The notes below the pieces were generated by a model. The model was not told where the DNA came from. It worked only from the letters and a program-made list of their open reading frames with translations, and did no database searches. 62,789 bases of DNA from Mizuhopecten yessoensis. Lineage: Eukaryota. The position numbers and the translations under genes were made by a program. Below are positions 1 through 13,490 of this stretch, in pieces. The stretch spans positions 230,707 to 293,495 of the forward strand of contig NW_018408759.1 in assembly GCF_002113885.1 (NCBI RefSeq). The letters run 5' to 3'. Within the stretch, counting starts at the first letter, position 1, and the number at the start of each line of letters is the position of its first letter.

Positions 1-3000
1 CAACTTAAGGTTACAAGTACATAACTTGAAGAAACATCGGTTGTGGTAACATTACAAGGTAAGCATTCACACTAACAATGGAACAACTTAAGGTTACAAG
101 TACATAACTTGAAGAAACATCGGTTGTGGTAACATTACAAGGTAAGCATTCACACTAACAATGACACAACTTAAGGTTACAAGTACACAACGTGAAGAAA
201 CATCACTGGTGGTAACATTACAAGGTAAGCATTAACACTAACAATGGCACAACTTAAGGGTACAAGTACAAAACGTGAAGAAACACCACTGGTGGTGACA
301 TTACAAGGTAAGTGTTGATACTAACAATGACACAACTTAAGGTTACAAGTACATAACTTGAAGAAACATCGGTTGTGGTAACATTACAAGGTAAGCATTC
401 ACACTAACAATGGCACAGCTTAAGGTTACAAGTACAAAACGTGAAAGATACATCCCTGGCAGTTACATTACAAGGTAAGCATTGGTACTAACAATGACAC
501 AACTTAAGGTTACAAGTAAATAACATGAAGAAACCTAACTGTGGGTTACATTACAAAGTAAGTATTGATACTAACACTGACACGACTTAAGGTTACAAGT
601 ACATAACGTGAAAGAAACATCACTGGTGGTGACATTACAAGGTGAGTATTGATACTAACAATGACACAACTGACAAGTACATAACGTGAAGAAACATCAC
701 TGTTGGTTACATTACAAAGGAAGTATTGATACTAACACTGACACAACTTAAGGTTACAAGTACACAACGTGAAGAAACATCACTGGTGGTTACATTACAA
801 GTTAAGCATTGATACTTACAATGGCACAACTTAAGGCTACAAGCACAAAACGTGAAGAAACACCACTGGTGGTGACATTACGAGGTAAGTATTGATACTA
901 ACAATGACACAACTGACAAGTACATAACGTGAAGAAACATCGGTGGTGGTAACATTACAAGGTAAGCATTCACACTAACAATGGCACAACTTAAGGTTAC
1001 AAGTACAAAACGTGAAGAAACACCACTGGTGGTGACATTACAAGGTAAGTATTGATACTAACAATGACACAACTTAAGGTTACAAGTAAATAACATGAAG
1101 AAACCTAACTGTGGGTTACATTACAAAGTAAGTATTGATACTAACACTGACACAACTTAAGAATACAAATACACAACGTGAAGAAACACCATTGGTGGTG
1201 ACATTACAAGGTAAGCATTGATACTAACAATGGCACAACTTAAGGTTACAAGTACATAACGTGAAGAAACAACACCGGTGGTTACATTAGTAGGTAAGCA
1301 TTGATACTTACAATGACACAACTTAAGGTTACAAGTACAAAACGTGAAAGAAACATCACTGGCAGTTATATTACAAGGTAAGTATTGATACTAACAATGG
1401 CACAACTTAACGTTACAAGTACAAAACGTGATGAAACATCACTGGTTGTTACATTACACAGTCAGTAGTGATATTAACAATGACACAACGTAAGGTTACA
1501 AGTACATAACGTGAAGAAACATCACTGGTGGTTACATTACAAGGTAAGCATTGATACTTACAATGGCACAACTTAAGGTTACAAGCACAAAACGTGAAGA
1601 AACACCACTGGTGGTGACATTACAAGGTAAGCATTGATACTAACAATGGCACAACTTCAGGTTACAAGTACATTACGTGAAAGAAACATCACTGGCAGTT
1701 ACGTTACAAGGTAAGCATTGATACTAACGATGGCACAACTTAAGGTTACAAGTACATAACGTGAAGAAACATCACTGGTGGTAACATGAGTAGGTAAGCA
1801 TTGATACTAACGATGGCACAACTTAAGGGTACAAGTACATAACGTGAAAGAAACATCACTGGTGGTGACATTACAAGGTGAGTATTGATACTAACAATGA
1901 CACAACATAAGGTTACAAGTTCATAACGTGAAGAATCAACACTGGTGGTGACATTACAAGGTAAGTAGTGATACTAACAATGACACAACGTAAGGTTACA
2001 AGTACAAAACGTGAAGAAACACCACTGGTGGTAACATTAATAGGTAAGCATTGATACTAACAATGACACAACGTAAGGTTACATGTACATAACGTGAAAA
2101 AAACATCACCGGTGGTAACATTACTAGGTAAGTATTGATACTAATAATGACACAACGTAAGGTTACATGTACATAACGTGAAAAAACATCACCGGTGGTA
2201 ACATTACTAGGTAAGTATTGATACTAATAATGACACAACTTAAGGTTACAAGTACACAACGTGAAGAAACATCACTGGTGGTTACATTACAAATAAGCAT
2301 TCACACTAACAATGACACAACTTAAGGATACAAGTACATAACGTGAAGAAACATCACTGGTGGTTACATTACAAAGTAAGTATTGATACTAACACTGACA
2401 CAACTTAAGGTTACAAGTACATAACGTGAAGAAACATCACTGGTGGTTACATTACAAAGTAAGTATTGATACTAACACTGACACAACTTAAGGTTACAAG
2501 TACATAACGTGAAGAAACATCACTGGTGGTTACATTACAAAGTAAGTATTGATACTAACAATGACACAACTGACAAGTACATAACGTGAAGAAACATCCA
2601 TAGTGGTTACATTACAAAGTAAGTATTGATACTAACACTGACACAACTTAAGGGTACAAGTACATAACGTGAAGAAACATCGGTGGTCGTAACATTACAA
2701 GGTAAGCATTCACACTAGCAATGGCACAACTTAAGGTTACAAGTACAAAACGTGAAGAAACACCACTGGTGGTGACATTACAAGGTAAGTATTGATACTA
2801 ACAATGACACAACTTAAGGTTACAAGTAAATAACATGAAGAAACCTAACTGCGGGTTACATTACAAAGTAAGTATTGATACTAACAATGACACAACTTAA
2901 GAATACAAATACACAACGTGAAGAAACACCATTGGTGGTGACATTACAAGGTAAGTATTGATACTAACAATGACACAACTTAAGGTTACAAGTAAATAAC

Positions 3001-3647
3001 ATGAAGAAACCTAACTGCGGGTTACATTACAAAGTAAGTATTGATACTAGCAATGGCACAACTTAAGGTTACAAGTACAAAACGTGAAGAAACATCACTG
3101 GTGGTTACATTACAAATAAGCATTCACACTAACAATGACACAACGTAAGGTTACAAGTACATAACGTGAAGAAACATCAATAGTGGTTACATTACAAAGT
3201 AAGTATTGATACTAGCAATGGCACAACTTAAGGTTACAAGTACAAAACGTGAAGAAACATCACTGGTGGTTACATTACAAAGTAAGTAATGATACTAACA
3301 ATGACACAACTTACAAGTACATAACGTGAAGAAACATCAATAGTGGTTACATTACAAAGTAAGTATTGATACTAGCAATGGCACAACTTAAGGTTACAAG
3401 TACAAAACGTGAAGAAACATCACTGGTGGTTACATTACAAAGTAAGTATTGATACTAACACTGACACAACTTAAGGTTACAGGTACACAACGTGAAGAAA
3501 CATCACTGGTGGTGACATTACAAGCTAAGCATTGATACTAACAATGACACAACTTAAGGTTACAAGTACATAACGTGAAGAAACATCACTGATGGTTACA
3601 TTACAAAGTAAGTATTGTTACTAACAATGGCACAACTTAAGGTTACA
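1..3647. repeat. 83-bp minisatellite, ~44 copies, runs off the window start
   Basis: Unit caacttaaggttacaagtacataacgtgaagaaacatcactggtggttacattacaaggtaagcattgatactaacaatgaca recurs at 1, 84, 167 and so on; the last unit overlaps the final codons of the Ly6-like exon. Confidence 0.97.
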
Positions 3648-3755
3648 GAGCTGCCTGTTGCAACACTCCGAACAAATTGTTCCTGCTGATTCGTCTCGTT
3701 TTCCAAAAGGTGCACCAACCGCCTGGTTTGATAAACAGGTTTGTAGATGACACAC
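3621..3755 (-). CDS. Ly6-like gene, CC...CN exon (last, or last visible, exon)
   Basis: ttttttttcAG acceptor; VCHLQTCLSNQAVGAPFGKRDESAGTICSECCNRQLCNLKLCHC* with TAG at 3621-3623; an alternative donor GTTAGT overlaps the stop. Confidence 0.78.
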   Translation of the reverse strand: MCHLQTCLSNQAVGAPFGKRDESAGTICSECCNRQLCNLKLCHC

Positions 3756-6700
3756 CTGAAAAAAAAGTGTTCAACACATATTTGTATTATTGTATTGATT
3801 TACAATGATCTTGTAATTGATTAGGATAAAGGGAACACTTGATGATAATTAACCGAAGACACTGTTGTTGTCGGAACACGAATGGCGAGTTCAGTGTCAG
3901 AATATACACTAAGAAGGGGGTGTATAATACAAAACCAAAATCAGTTTTACCTTCTTTTATTTTAAATAATTCACATATTACGACCACTTTGAGGTAACTT
4001 TCCTCGAAACAATTATGATGAAATGACTCTTAAATAAGGATATCATCCTAGATTATTTTGATTTTTTAAATCAATTGATCTGCCTGATATTTGCATTCCT
4101 CGCCAAAAGTAGAATTCTATACTTCGCTGATAAACATTGTATTGTATTTATCTTCATAAATCAATGGTTGATCATTGAATCATAGTTACAAATAACCAAT
4201 CTGTTACGGAGTTTATTACCGATTTACTTCGACATCCGCCTCTGTATAATTTTTTGACATCTGCTCTCCTCACGTAGTGCTCCAGATAGCAGAGCTGAAG
4301 TATAACAGGCATCACTTTAACATGGAACGTGAACAAATCCAACTCGATTCATCAGGAACATTCAAATTCCGCAGATTCATTTTTTTATAAACGATTTTAC
4401 TCCTATATTTATTGTATCGTACTAATTGTAATTATTTAACAATGAACACACATTTTCGGTCGAAGAGTTTTTGAGATTTAAGAAAAATTCTTTTGATGAA
4501 ATAAAAATCTGTATCACATCCTGTTGGAGGCTTCGTAATAACACGTTAGGATATGGATCAACTTGTCTTAAGTTTCTGCACTTTCGAAATAACCAATTTT
4601 AAATACAATTTTTGCTATTCATTAGATGCACTTGTACTGCCTACAAATAGTCTTCTACTATATGATATTCTTATCATTATTATTAAAACAATCAACCAAA
4701 TACAAATAAAAGACATCCTTTAGAGTGTACACTAGCGTTACTTACCTCATCCGGGCCACAGTATACCAGCTGAGTACACTGATCGGGAGACTCGGCGGCA
4801 TCACATATAAAACATTTTATTCCCCCTGTAGCTGTAGGACAAGGATCGGACAGTCACAAATACAAGTCAGAAAAATATCGCCTTAATCATATAAAATATA
4901 TACTTAAACAACATTTAGAGATGTAGTTTCCGTATGTGTTCTGTAATAACTGACAAAGACAAATGAAATGTCTCTATACCAGTAGAATGTGTAAGGATTA
5001 GTTATCAATCAAAACTAAGTATCACTACCAACACACACTTGAACTGATTATATCTTATATTTCACGAAACTGTAGCTTTGTGGGAAGTGTTTGCTTAACA
5101 AACATACCGGCATTAATGTCTTTGCATAGAACTGAACATTATTAACAGTGTTTGGCTTTTTTGGCAGTAGCTTCGTACTTGTCACAATTCTGCTGATGGA
5201 AATGGTCATTCTATACCCGTCTTCCTGACTGCCTGCAGTATTAGAGTGCAATTGGGGGAAATCTCTCCATAATTTTAGGCAGCCGACTTACTGATTCGGC
5301 ACACTGTACCTTACTGAGTTGTTTACACTATTTGCTTGACAATGGAAACAGACGTTTTCATAAGATGGTGAAATAAGTTTTCAATTTATGTTTGTGTTCG
5401 AAACCGACTAAGGCTTTGTTATTGATACCAAATTGATGAATCTTATTCCGAATATATATCCAAATAGTCTGTGTGACGTCACTTATAATACTTAAGCATT
5501 TGTGCGACGTAATACGTAACGTTCGTATGTTTATGCAGATATACTCACTTATAATGGTTTGTGTGTTCATGAAGTAAAAATACCAACTATGTGTGTTAAT
5601 TAAATCATAACCTATGTTTATTCAGTCATAATTCATCGACTTTGTAAAACGTAATCAGTAATGGTTTGTGTGTTTATGAAGACATAACGCCTTTAATTAA
5701 AATTTAATAGAACGTACGTTTATAAAGACATAATACAATATCTCCCGTGTTAATAACGACATAGTATTCAGGATAGTAATATACCTTCGGCTGCTCTCAC
5801 AGCGATGATGAAGTTAGGGAACAAACCTGTGGAAACAATTGTACATACATGATAGTGTTTACTTTTGGTGAGTTTTGTGGACGTACACGTATAGTAGTGA
5901 CAAGTATACTGTTACATCACTTTACATTTATAAAATATAATCATGAAACATACAGAGTACCCAATATATAATAATGGAACACACAGAGTACCCAATATAG
6001 AATAATGGAACATATAGCGTACCAAATATATAATAATAGAACATACAGAGTACCTAATATATAATAATGGAACACACAGAGTACCCAATGTATAATAATG
6101 GAACATATAGAGTACCCAATATATAATAATCACTTGGCATGCATATATAATGTGTTATCAAATGATATCTAGAACATGCAGTTTGTGATAAATCATAATC
6201 ACTTGACATGATTTATACACAATCATCAGTTGGGAATAATAAAAGCATATTTACCAATTCAAAGGTCACACATTATTAAACGACAGACATTAAACCCACA
6301 TGATTATAATTCGGTTTGCTAAATTCCTTCCGGCTCCATCTCTTTGATTGTGAAACATCCTAAACTACAAAAATCGTGTTGGTCCGAGGAATGTCGGCAC
6401 CCTTTTAATTCAAGCTTCTCCTTTACTGATGTTCATCTGCGATGTAGTATTGTTATGTTATTACGTTTTACAGGTTTAAAAACCCTCCGAAATAATCAAA
6501 ATCGCACTATAGCCAAATAATTATAAACCTATTGACCTCAAATCTATTCCTAGGAGACCTGGATTGTCGTTTGTAAACAAGCATTCAACATTTTCGTACA
6601 AAAGTGTACGAAAAAGAAGAAGACCTAAAACTCATGATTGCTGTTAAATATGTTAATCTAACTTTGATTAGTAAATTTTGCAATTGTTCATGAATACACG

Positions 6701-6916
6701 TTAACCATATATAGAATAACATTACAAACGTGATATGTACGCACGTGAAAACTATAATATATAAACTCGTGACATTATATAATATCAGCTGACAGACTTA
6801 AATTATATTCAATTGATAAGCATCACATATAGCCACAGAAACGACGTACATTATATACCTGTTATGACATGCAGGAGATAAACATCATGACTCCAATCGC
6901 ACACCGAGGTCCTGTT
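3621..6916 (-). CDS. Spliced gene for a small Cys-rich Ly6/uPAR (LU, three-finger)-like protein, probably secreted; exons 6859-~6916 (tentative), 5785-5826, 4746-4831, 4220-4294, 3621-3755
   Basis: GT-AG exons join in phase: ...VYLLHVITG|LFPNFIIAVRAAE|ATGGIKCFICDAAESPDQCTQLVYCGPDE|LCYLEHYVRRADVKKLYRGGCRSKS|VCHLQTCLSNQAVGAPFGKRDESAGTICSECCNRQLCNLKLCHC*. The CxxC...C...C...CY...GC...C...CC...CN pattern is typical of LU domains. The start codon was not located. Confidence 0.72.
4220..4294 (-). CDS. Ly6-like gene, internal exon
   Basis: cttcAG...GTAATA, phase 0/0, LCYLEHYVRRADVKKLYRGGCRSKS. Confidence 0.78.
4746..4831 (-). CDS. Ly6-like gene, exon with the start of the LU domain
   Basis: ctacAG...GTAAG, phase 1/0, TGGIKCFICDAAESPDQCTQLVYCGPDE. 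Confidence 0.8.
5785..5826 (-). CDS. Ly6-like gene, putative signal-peptide end exon
   Basis: tttccacAG...GTATAT, phase 1/1, LFPNFIIAVRAAE; phase matches the next exon. Confidence 0.55.
5950..6130. repeat. 31-bp minisatellite, ~6 copies
   Basis: atataataatggaacacacagagtacccaat repeated. Confidence 0.9.
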
Positions 6917-9237
6917 CTAAACAACAATGCCAGACCAAGCAACCTCATTCTACATACAATATCGGTCATATCGCTTTTGCAATTGTTTGCTATCCTCAAC
7001 AAGTCTTGTCTATTGAATAGTTGTAAATCGTGCATTATTATAAAATATTGTTGTGAAGTGCGGCAATAAGAGAGGTTTTGTTGACAGGGAAATACACTAC
7101 TTTAAACTAGTACCACAACTGATGCATTAGCAATGAGGTCTGATATAAAGTAAATATATGTCAGACTGCTGCAAACACATTACAAATAGAAACGAGTATA
7201 GAAAACAGACTTTTTTGCTAACTAAATGACTTCCTGACAATCGGCTGACTGAAGTATGTCACTCCCTCCTTTAAGGATCAATTTTATGTCATCGACACCA
7301 TAAATCCTCGAAACTAAAGTATACATCCAAAGCAGAGAATCACCAGAAAGTAGTTCTACATTAGCAAACTAAGTCGACGTAAGCGACGACTAATTGGTGT
7401 AGATGTTACGTACCACAGAGCAGAATTAAAGCCTGACAACTCCACATGATTCCTCTTGTCCCTGAGCCCTGTGACGTAGTGCTGTGTATACTGATCATGA
7501 GATTGGAGATATAGGTCAACCGCATTGATATATATACTAAGCAAAGAGTACTGTCCGACCTACTCGCGATCATGTCCTACTGGCGAGTTTGGTGCCTGAT
7601 ATGAACAATCGTCTGCACAAATAAAAAAAGCATGTTTCCGTTCAAATTCCAACGGCATTTTACCTTATATTGTGCACGCGTCGCCTTTATAAAGGAAACC
7701 CGTTATCTAAACACCATATATTGCAAACTAAAACATCGTCTGTACAGCAATACAGTTTCTGCTCTTGGGGTGGAGAAAGGGTTTTAATTTTGCGAGCAAT
7801 ACTTCTTTTTTATTTGCATTAAATATATACATTTTTGTAGAATGTTAAAAGAATAACAAAGGTTTTAATGTGTTGCCAAAGGCCATCACATAGACATTGA
7901 TGGTGAGTAGATAAACTGGATAGTTGTTTGTTTTATATGAGTTTAAAGTTTTGAGCACTTGTATCGTCAATTAATTCGTGAGGTTTTTATTTCGCGGAAA
8001 TCCGGAAGATGAAAGATATATATGTGTTGAAAAATATAATTTCAGCTTTTAGTTTATGCTTTTTATCACTTTGATAGATCTGTTATCCGTTAAATTGTAT
8101 CAATTTCAAGGCCGATTCGAAGTAAACATTTATGTTTGCAATTGTTTTAACCATAAACAACCATACAATATAACAATATTCCTGTAGAAATTATAGCAAT
8201 CACTAAGTGATGCTAATATGCATGTGTGGTCGCTTTCAACTTAAATTTTAAACTTTAAAGTGTAAACTTTGTCTGGAATGACCTGGCTTAGATTTTCCTA
8301 ATTACGTCACATGTAAACGCTTACCGTGACAATGCTTTTGTTTCATTAGAAATGGTTATTGCAAGTACATATAGAATCANAGCACCGGCAAAACGGGAGA
8401 TAAATCTGTCAGGTGTAGGAGAAAAGAGAATGAACAATCATCCAGTGTACAGTATCGAATGATCAGGTTGACGTATTGTTGTCTATTTAGTAATACATAG
8501 CAAAAGAGGTATGTGTGTTTCAATAACTTATGTCAGGCAATATATGTATTGTGCATATTGCAGAACTATTGAAAAGAGATGGAGTGCGATACAGCTTTTT
8601 ATTGGCCCTCTATGCCATTAATTAGCGCAACGAAATGTTAGCAATAGCATCAATGGACAAATAGATATATCAGTGTACACTGAATGTTACTAGTATACGA
8701 GAACGGATTTATATACCTATGCTTGATGCTTTTAAGTACAAATCAATATCTGGTTTGAGGTAAAACTTTATATGAAATATGATAGGAAATAGCATGGCAA
8801 TGTATTAGAACGGATGGTGAAAATTTGTGTGAAAACAGTATGCTCTAATGCATTAAAAGTTAAAAACAATTACCTAATCAACCACATTTAACAGTTACTA
8901 TATCTTCATTGATTTCCACGATGAAATATTTTATAAGAAATTAAAAAGTTTGCTCAAACTGTATTTGATGTTTTACACTGTCCACGGACGATGGGAAGAA
9001 CACGTGCTTGTCGACCTTGAATAAAAACATTTTAACACTATCGCTTCCTTGTAATAAGTTCAATATAGTACAGTTCTCACGTGTGCATTGTTCACAACCG
9101 CAGAGTATTTCTTATCGTACTTCAGTCATATATAAGGCAGTGACTTTGTGACTGTCAACACTTCAAACGATAAGGAACGGAAGTAAATGAATGTAAACTC
9201 CACGTAAAGGTATACACCAATATAATATCCTGGTAAT

Positions 9238-9655
9238 TGTGTGTCCAGTAAGTCGTATACCGAGTTATACTGGTCACGTGGTTGTGTGTCCAGTATGTCG
9301 TATACCGAGTTATACTGGTCACGTGGTTGTGTGTCCAGTATGTCGTATACCGAGTTATACCGTTCACGTGTCTGTGTGTCCGGTATGTCGTATACCGAGT
9401 TATACCGTTCACGTGTCTGTGTGTCCAGGAAGTCGTATACCGAGTTATACTGGTCACGTGGTTGTGTGTCCAGTTTGTCGTTTACCGAGTTATACTGGTC
9501 ACGTGGTTGTGTGTCGAGTATGTCGTATACCGAGTTATACTGGTCACGTGGTTGTGTGCCAGGAAGTCGTATACCGAGTTATACCGTTCACGTGTCTGTG
9601 TGTCCGGTATGTCGTATACCGAGTTATACCGGTCATGTAGTTATGTGTCCAGTAT
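9238..9655. repeat. 45-bp CpG-rich minisatellite, ~9 copies
   Basis: gtgtccagtatgtcgtataccgagttatactggtcacgtggttgt repeated with two alternating variants; it explains the spurious ORFs at 9155-9747. Confidence 0.95.
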
Positions 9656-10631
9656 ACATGATGCTCTCCTGCATCAAGCTTTGTTTTTTTTCTTATATGA
9701 TGTCTTCTGAAATACACAAGCATCAACACAGACTTTACAATATTTAAACATCTTGATGTGCCAAATGAGAAGACAATGTAACTGGCAACAAATTCAAAAG
9801 AAAGAAGAAAAACAGTAAAATGCCAAAGTGTTATCTAAATCGTAATATGAACTAAAAATCTATAAAACTGGTGCAAAATATTAAGTGTTTTTGAAAGATA
9901 TACATAGATATTATCGAAAAATTTCTGACAAAGAAACAACAGGTTCATTAATGAGCAGAATCAAATATATCAAACCTCACGTCACAAAACAATTCCAAAA
10001 ATACTTAAAGTTGAAAGAATGAAACGAAAATTTCTAAAGAGTTCCAAAACAGATCAAAAAAGGAAAGGTGTCTTTCAACCCTTCTATAACGTTACAGATT
10101 GACAGTATTTGGATACAACAGATAACTTATTCTTATTAGTCTCTCGTGTGAGCTGTACCAGAATGAATGTTAACTACAAGAGGCTGCCAATCATGGGGAC
10201 TGATAGTCCTCCTGTTACGTCAAACAATTACTTCCAATACCAAGTCAAACATAACAAGAGATTACCGTTTGATAACAAAATCTTAATTTGTTCTCAATCT
10301 CGGTTAAACTGGGGCAAAATACAAAAAAAGAAAATAAGCACAAAGATGATAAGGTCAAGGGTTCCAGAATGGTGAGCGTCGTCTGCTTCATCTAGGTCAA
10401 ATCTAAGGATTGCAACGTCAACATAGCGAGAACTGGAGGACAGACAACAAGCCAGTACAAAACAACGTCCCGCTCACAGTACAACTCAGAGGTTAGCCGT
10501 TATTGGTGGTCAGGTTGTAAGTGAAGATCGAGGTTAGCGGCTGAAGTAGAAGCGTACAGTGGCCTGTATTCCTCCGAGTTAAGGAGTGTTATAATCAGTA
10601 TATGATCTTTAAAGATTACACGTTAATATAT

Positions 10632-10904
10632 CTAAAAGGTAAGTTGGAGGACTTTTGGATACTTTTGGAGGAGGTTTTTGCTACCAGTTCTGATAAGTTC
10701 TTCAATTAATCCAGCCTCATATGAAAACAAAAACAAGTCGGCCAGAAGGGGGGAACAATTTGCTCCCATAGTCTGCTTAACGGTCTTGTCACCGAACTCT
10801 ATCAAGATATTATCAATCGAGAACTTGTTTCTTCTCCAAGTGTCCTCCTCCATATATTTAAGTTTGGCCTTTGTTGTTATGTTCACAATATATTTTATAG
10901 CCAT
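10632..10904 (-). mobile_element. Degraded Penelope-like element reverse transcriptase fragment
   Basis: IDNILIEFG...MGANCSPLLADLFLFSYE matches the PLE RT motif (GIPMGTNCAPLLADLFLYSYE type); interrupted frame. Confidence 0.7.
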
Positions 10905-11751
10905 ATTTATTTATATTGCAATCTGAATTTGAGCCCATGGCGGACAAAACTTGGTATAAGCAACTGACAACGATCGTGGTGGACTTTACATTAAAAGGAT
11001 GGAGATTATTGTAAGAACAAGAAAAGACAGAGTAGGAGTTGTACCAATAGTGACTGTTCGGTTATAGTTACCATACTAGATACTAGTCAAATACAATTCA
11101 ATGTTTCAATCCGATCAATTAGGTAGAACAGCAATGACAGTTATCGCTAACGTGAATCAGAATTGTCGGGAGGTAGAGGAACCAATGCAATCTATTAGAC
11201 GACGAAATTGTTGCACTTTGAAATGAGTTGCTTTGGTGACACTATGGAGGATCTTATCAAGATAATACCTACATACCGTTGACGGAGTGCATTTCTGTAT
11301 CGAAAGATTAAACGTGCTGAGGGAACCTCAAAGTATTAATAACCAGGAATGATAGATATGTACCAGGACATTGACAGAAATTAGTATTTAGACAGCGCAT
11401 TAATGTTTTATAATGATTTGCTTTATTTGTGATAACGTTTTACTTTGATCTTTGAAATTCTGTTACATCTGCTTACAGCGATTTCCTTTTGCAATTTCCT
11501 GAATATCTAATACTGCGTGAAAAATAGTTAATGTACTTTAACCAACAGATTTATATTAATTATGTATGAGATACTTGATCGTCGGAACAATATCGTATTA
11601 TACACATGTATCTCAATAAAGGAGAATTCAGTGAAAATGTTTTAACGTGATAAATTATAACAGATAATGAATGACTATGGATCAACAACTGTTGTTTACT
11701 TTTCCATAGAAAATCTGTACATGTTGACTCATTAGTAGTGGCTTGTTCTGA

Positions 11752-13490
11752 ACACTGATAGCTAGTCTTTGTGACTTGGTCTAATCCCTTATAGTTAGTC
11801 TGTGTGACTTGGTCTAATCCCTGATAGCAAGTCTTTGTGACTTGGTCTAATCCCTGAAAGTTAGGCTTTGTGACTTGGTATAATCACTGATAGCTAGTCT
11901 GTGATTTGGTCTAATAACTGATACCTAGTCTGTGTGACTTGGTCTTAGCACTGATATATAGACTGTGATTTGGTAATATCACTGACAGCTAGTCTGTGTA
12001 AATTGGTCTAAGCACTGATATATGGTAATATCACTGACAGCTAGTCTGTGTTACTTGGTTTAATCACTGATAATTAGACTGTGATTTGATAATATCACTG
12101 ACAGCTAGTCTGTTTAACTTGTTCTAAGCACTGATATATAGACTGTGATTTGGTAAGATCACTGACAGCTAGTCTGTGTTACTTGGTTTAATCACTGATA
12201 ATTAGACTGTGATTTGATAATATCACTGACAGCTAGTCTGTGTGACTTGGTTTAATCACTGATAATTAGACTGTGATTTGGTAATATCACTGACAGCTAG
12301 TCTGTGTAACTTGTTCTAAGCACTGATATATAGACTGCGATTTGGTGATATCACTGACGGCTAGTCTGTGATACTTGGTCTAAGCACTGATATATAGACT
12401 GTGATTTGGTAAAATCACTGACAGCTAGTCTGTGTTACTTGGTCTAAGCACTGATATATAGACTGCGGCTTGGTAATATCACTAACAGCTAGTCTGTGTA
12501 ACTTGGTCTAAGCAATGATATATAGACTATGATTTGGTAATATCACTGACAGCTAGTCTGTGTGACTTGGTTTAATCACTGATATCTAGACTGTTGCTTG
12601 GTAATATCACTGACAGCTAGTCTGTGTAACTTGTTCTAAACACTGATATATAGACTGTGATTTGGTAATATCGCTGACAGCTAGTCTGTGTAACTTGGTC
12701 TAAGCAATGATATATAGACTATGATTTGGTAATATCACTGACAGCTAGTCTGTGTGACTTTGTTTAATCACTGATAATTAGACTGTGATTTGGTAATATC
12801 ACTGACACCTAGTCTGTGTAACTTGTTCTAAGCACTGATATATAGACTGTGATTTGGTAAAATCACTGACAGCTAGTCTGTGTTACTTGGTCTAAGCACT
12901 GATATATAGACTGCGGCTTGGTAATATCACTAACAGCTAGTCTGTGTAACTTGGTCTAAGCAATGATATATAGACTGTGATTTGGTAATATCACTAACAG
13001 CTAGTCTGTGTGACTTGGTCTAAGCACTGATATATAAAATGTGATTTGGTAATATCACTAACAGCTAGTCTGTGTAACTTGGTCTAAGCACTAATATATA
13101 GACTGTGATTTGGCAATATAACTGACAGCTAGTCTGTGTAACTTGGTCTAAGCAATGATATATAGACTATGATTTGGTAATATCACTGACAGCTAGTCTG
13201 TGTAATTTGGTCTAAGCACTGATATATAGACTGTGATTTGGTAATATCACTAACAGCTAGTCTGTGTGACTTGGTCTAAGCACTGATATATAGACTCCGA
13301 TTTGGTAATATCACTGACAGCTAGTCTGTGTAACTTGGTCTAAGCACTGATATATAGACTGTGATTTGGTAATATATCACTGACAGCTAGTCTGTGTAAC
13401 TTGGTCTTAACACTGATATATAGACTGTGATTTGGTAATATCACTGACAGCTAGTCTGTATGGCTTGGTCTTATCACTGATAGCTACATG
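11752..13490. repeat. 64-bp dimeric (33+31 bp) minisatellite, ~27 dimers
   Basis: cactgacagctagtctgtgtaacttggtctaag plus cactgatatatagactgtgatttggtaatat; monomeric 33-bp units at the left edge. Confidence 0.95.

Noticed and set aside
7655-7695. TATAAAGG followed by AG|GTAAAA on the minus strand as the first exon of the Ly6-like gene
   Set aside because: The spacing leaves almost no exon and supplies no in-frame ATG; unresolved.
9155-9747. Overlapping repetitive ORFs on both strands
   Set aside because: Products of the 45-bp minisatellite; no splice or protein evidence.
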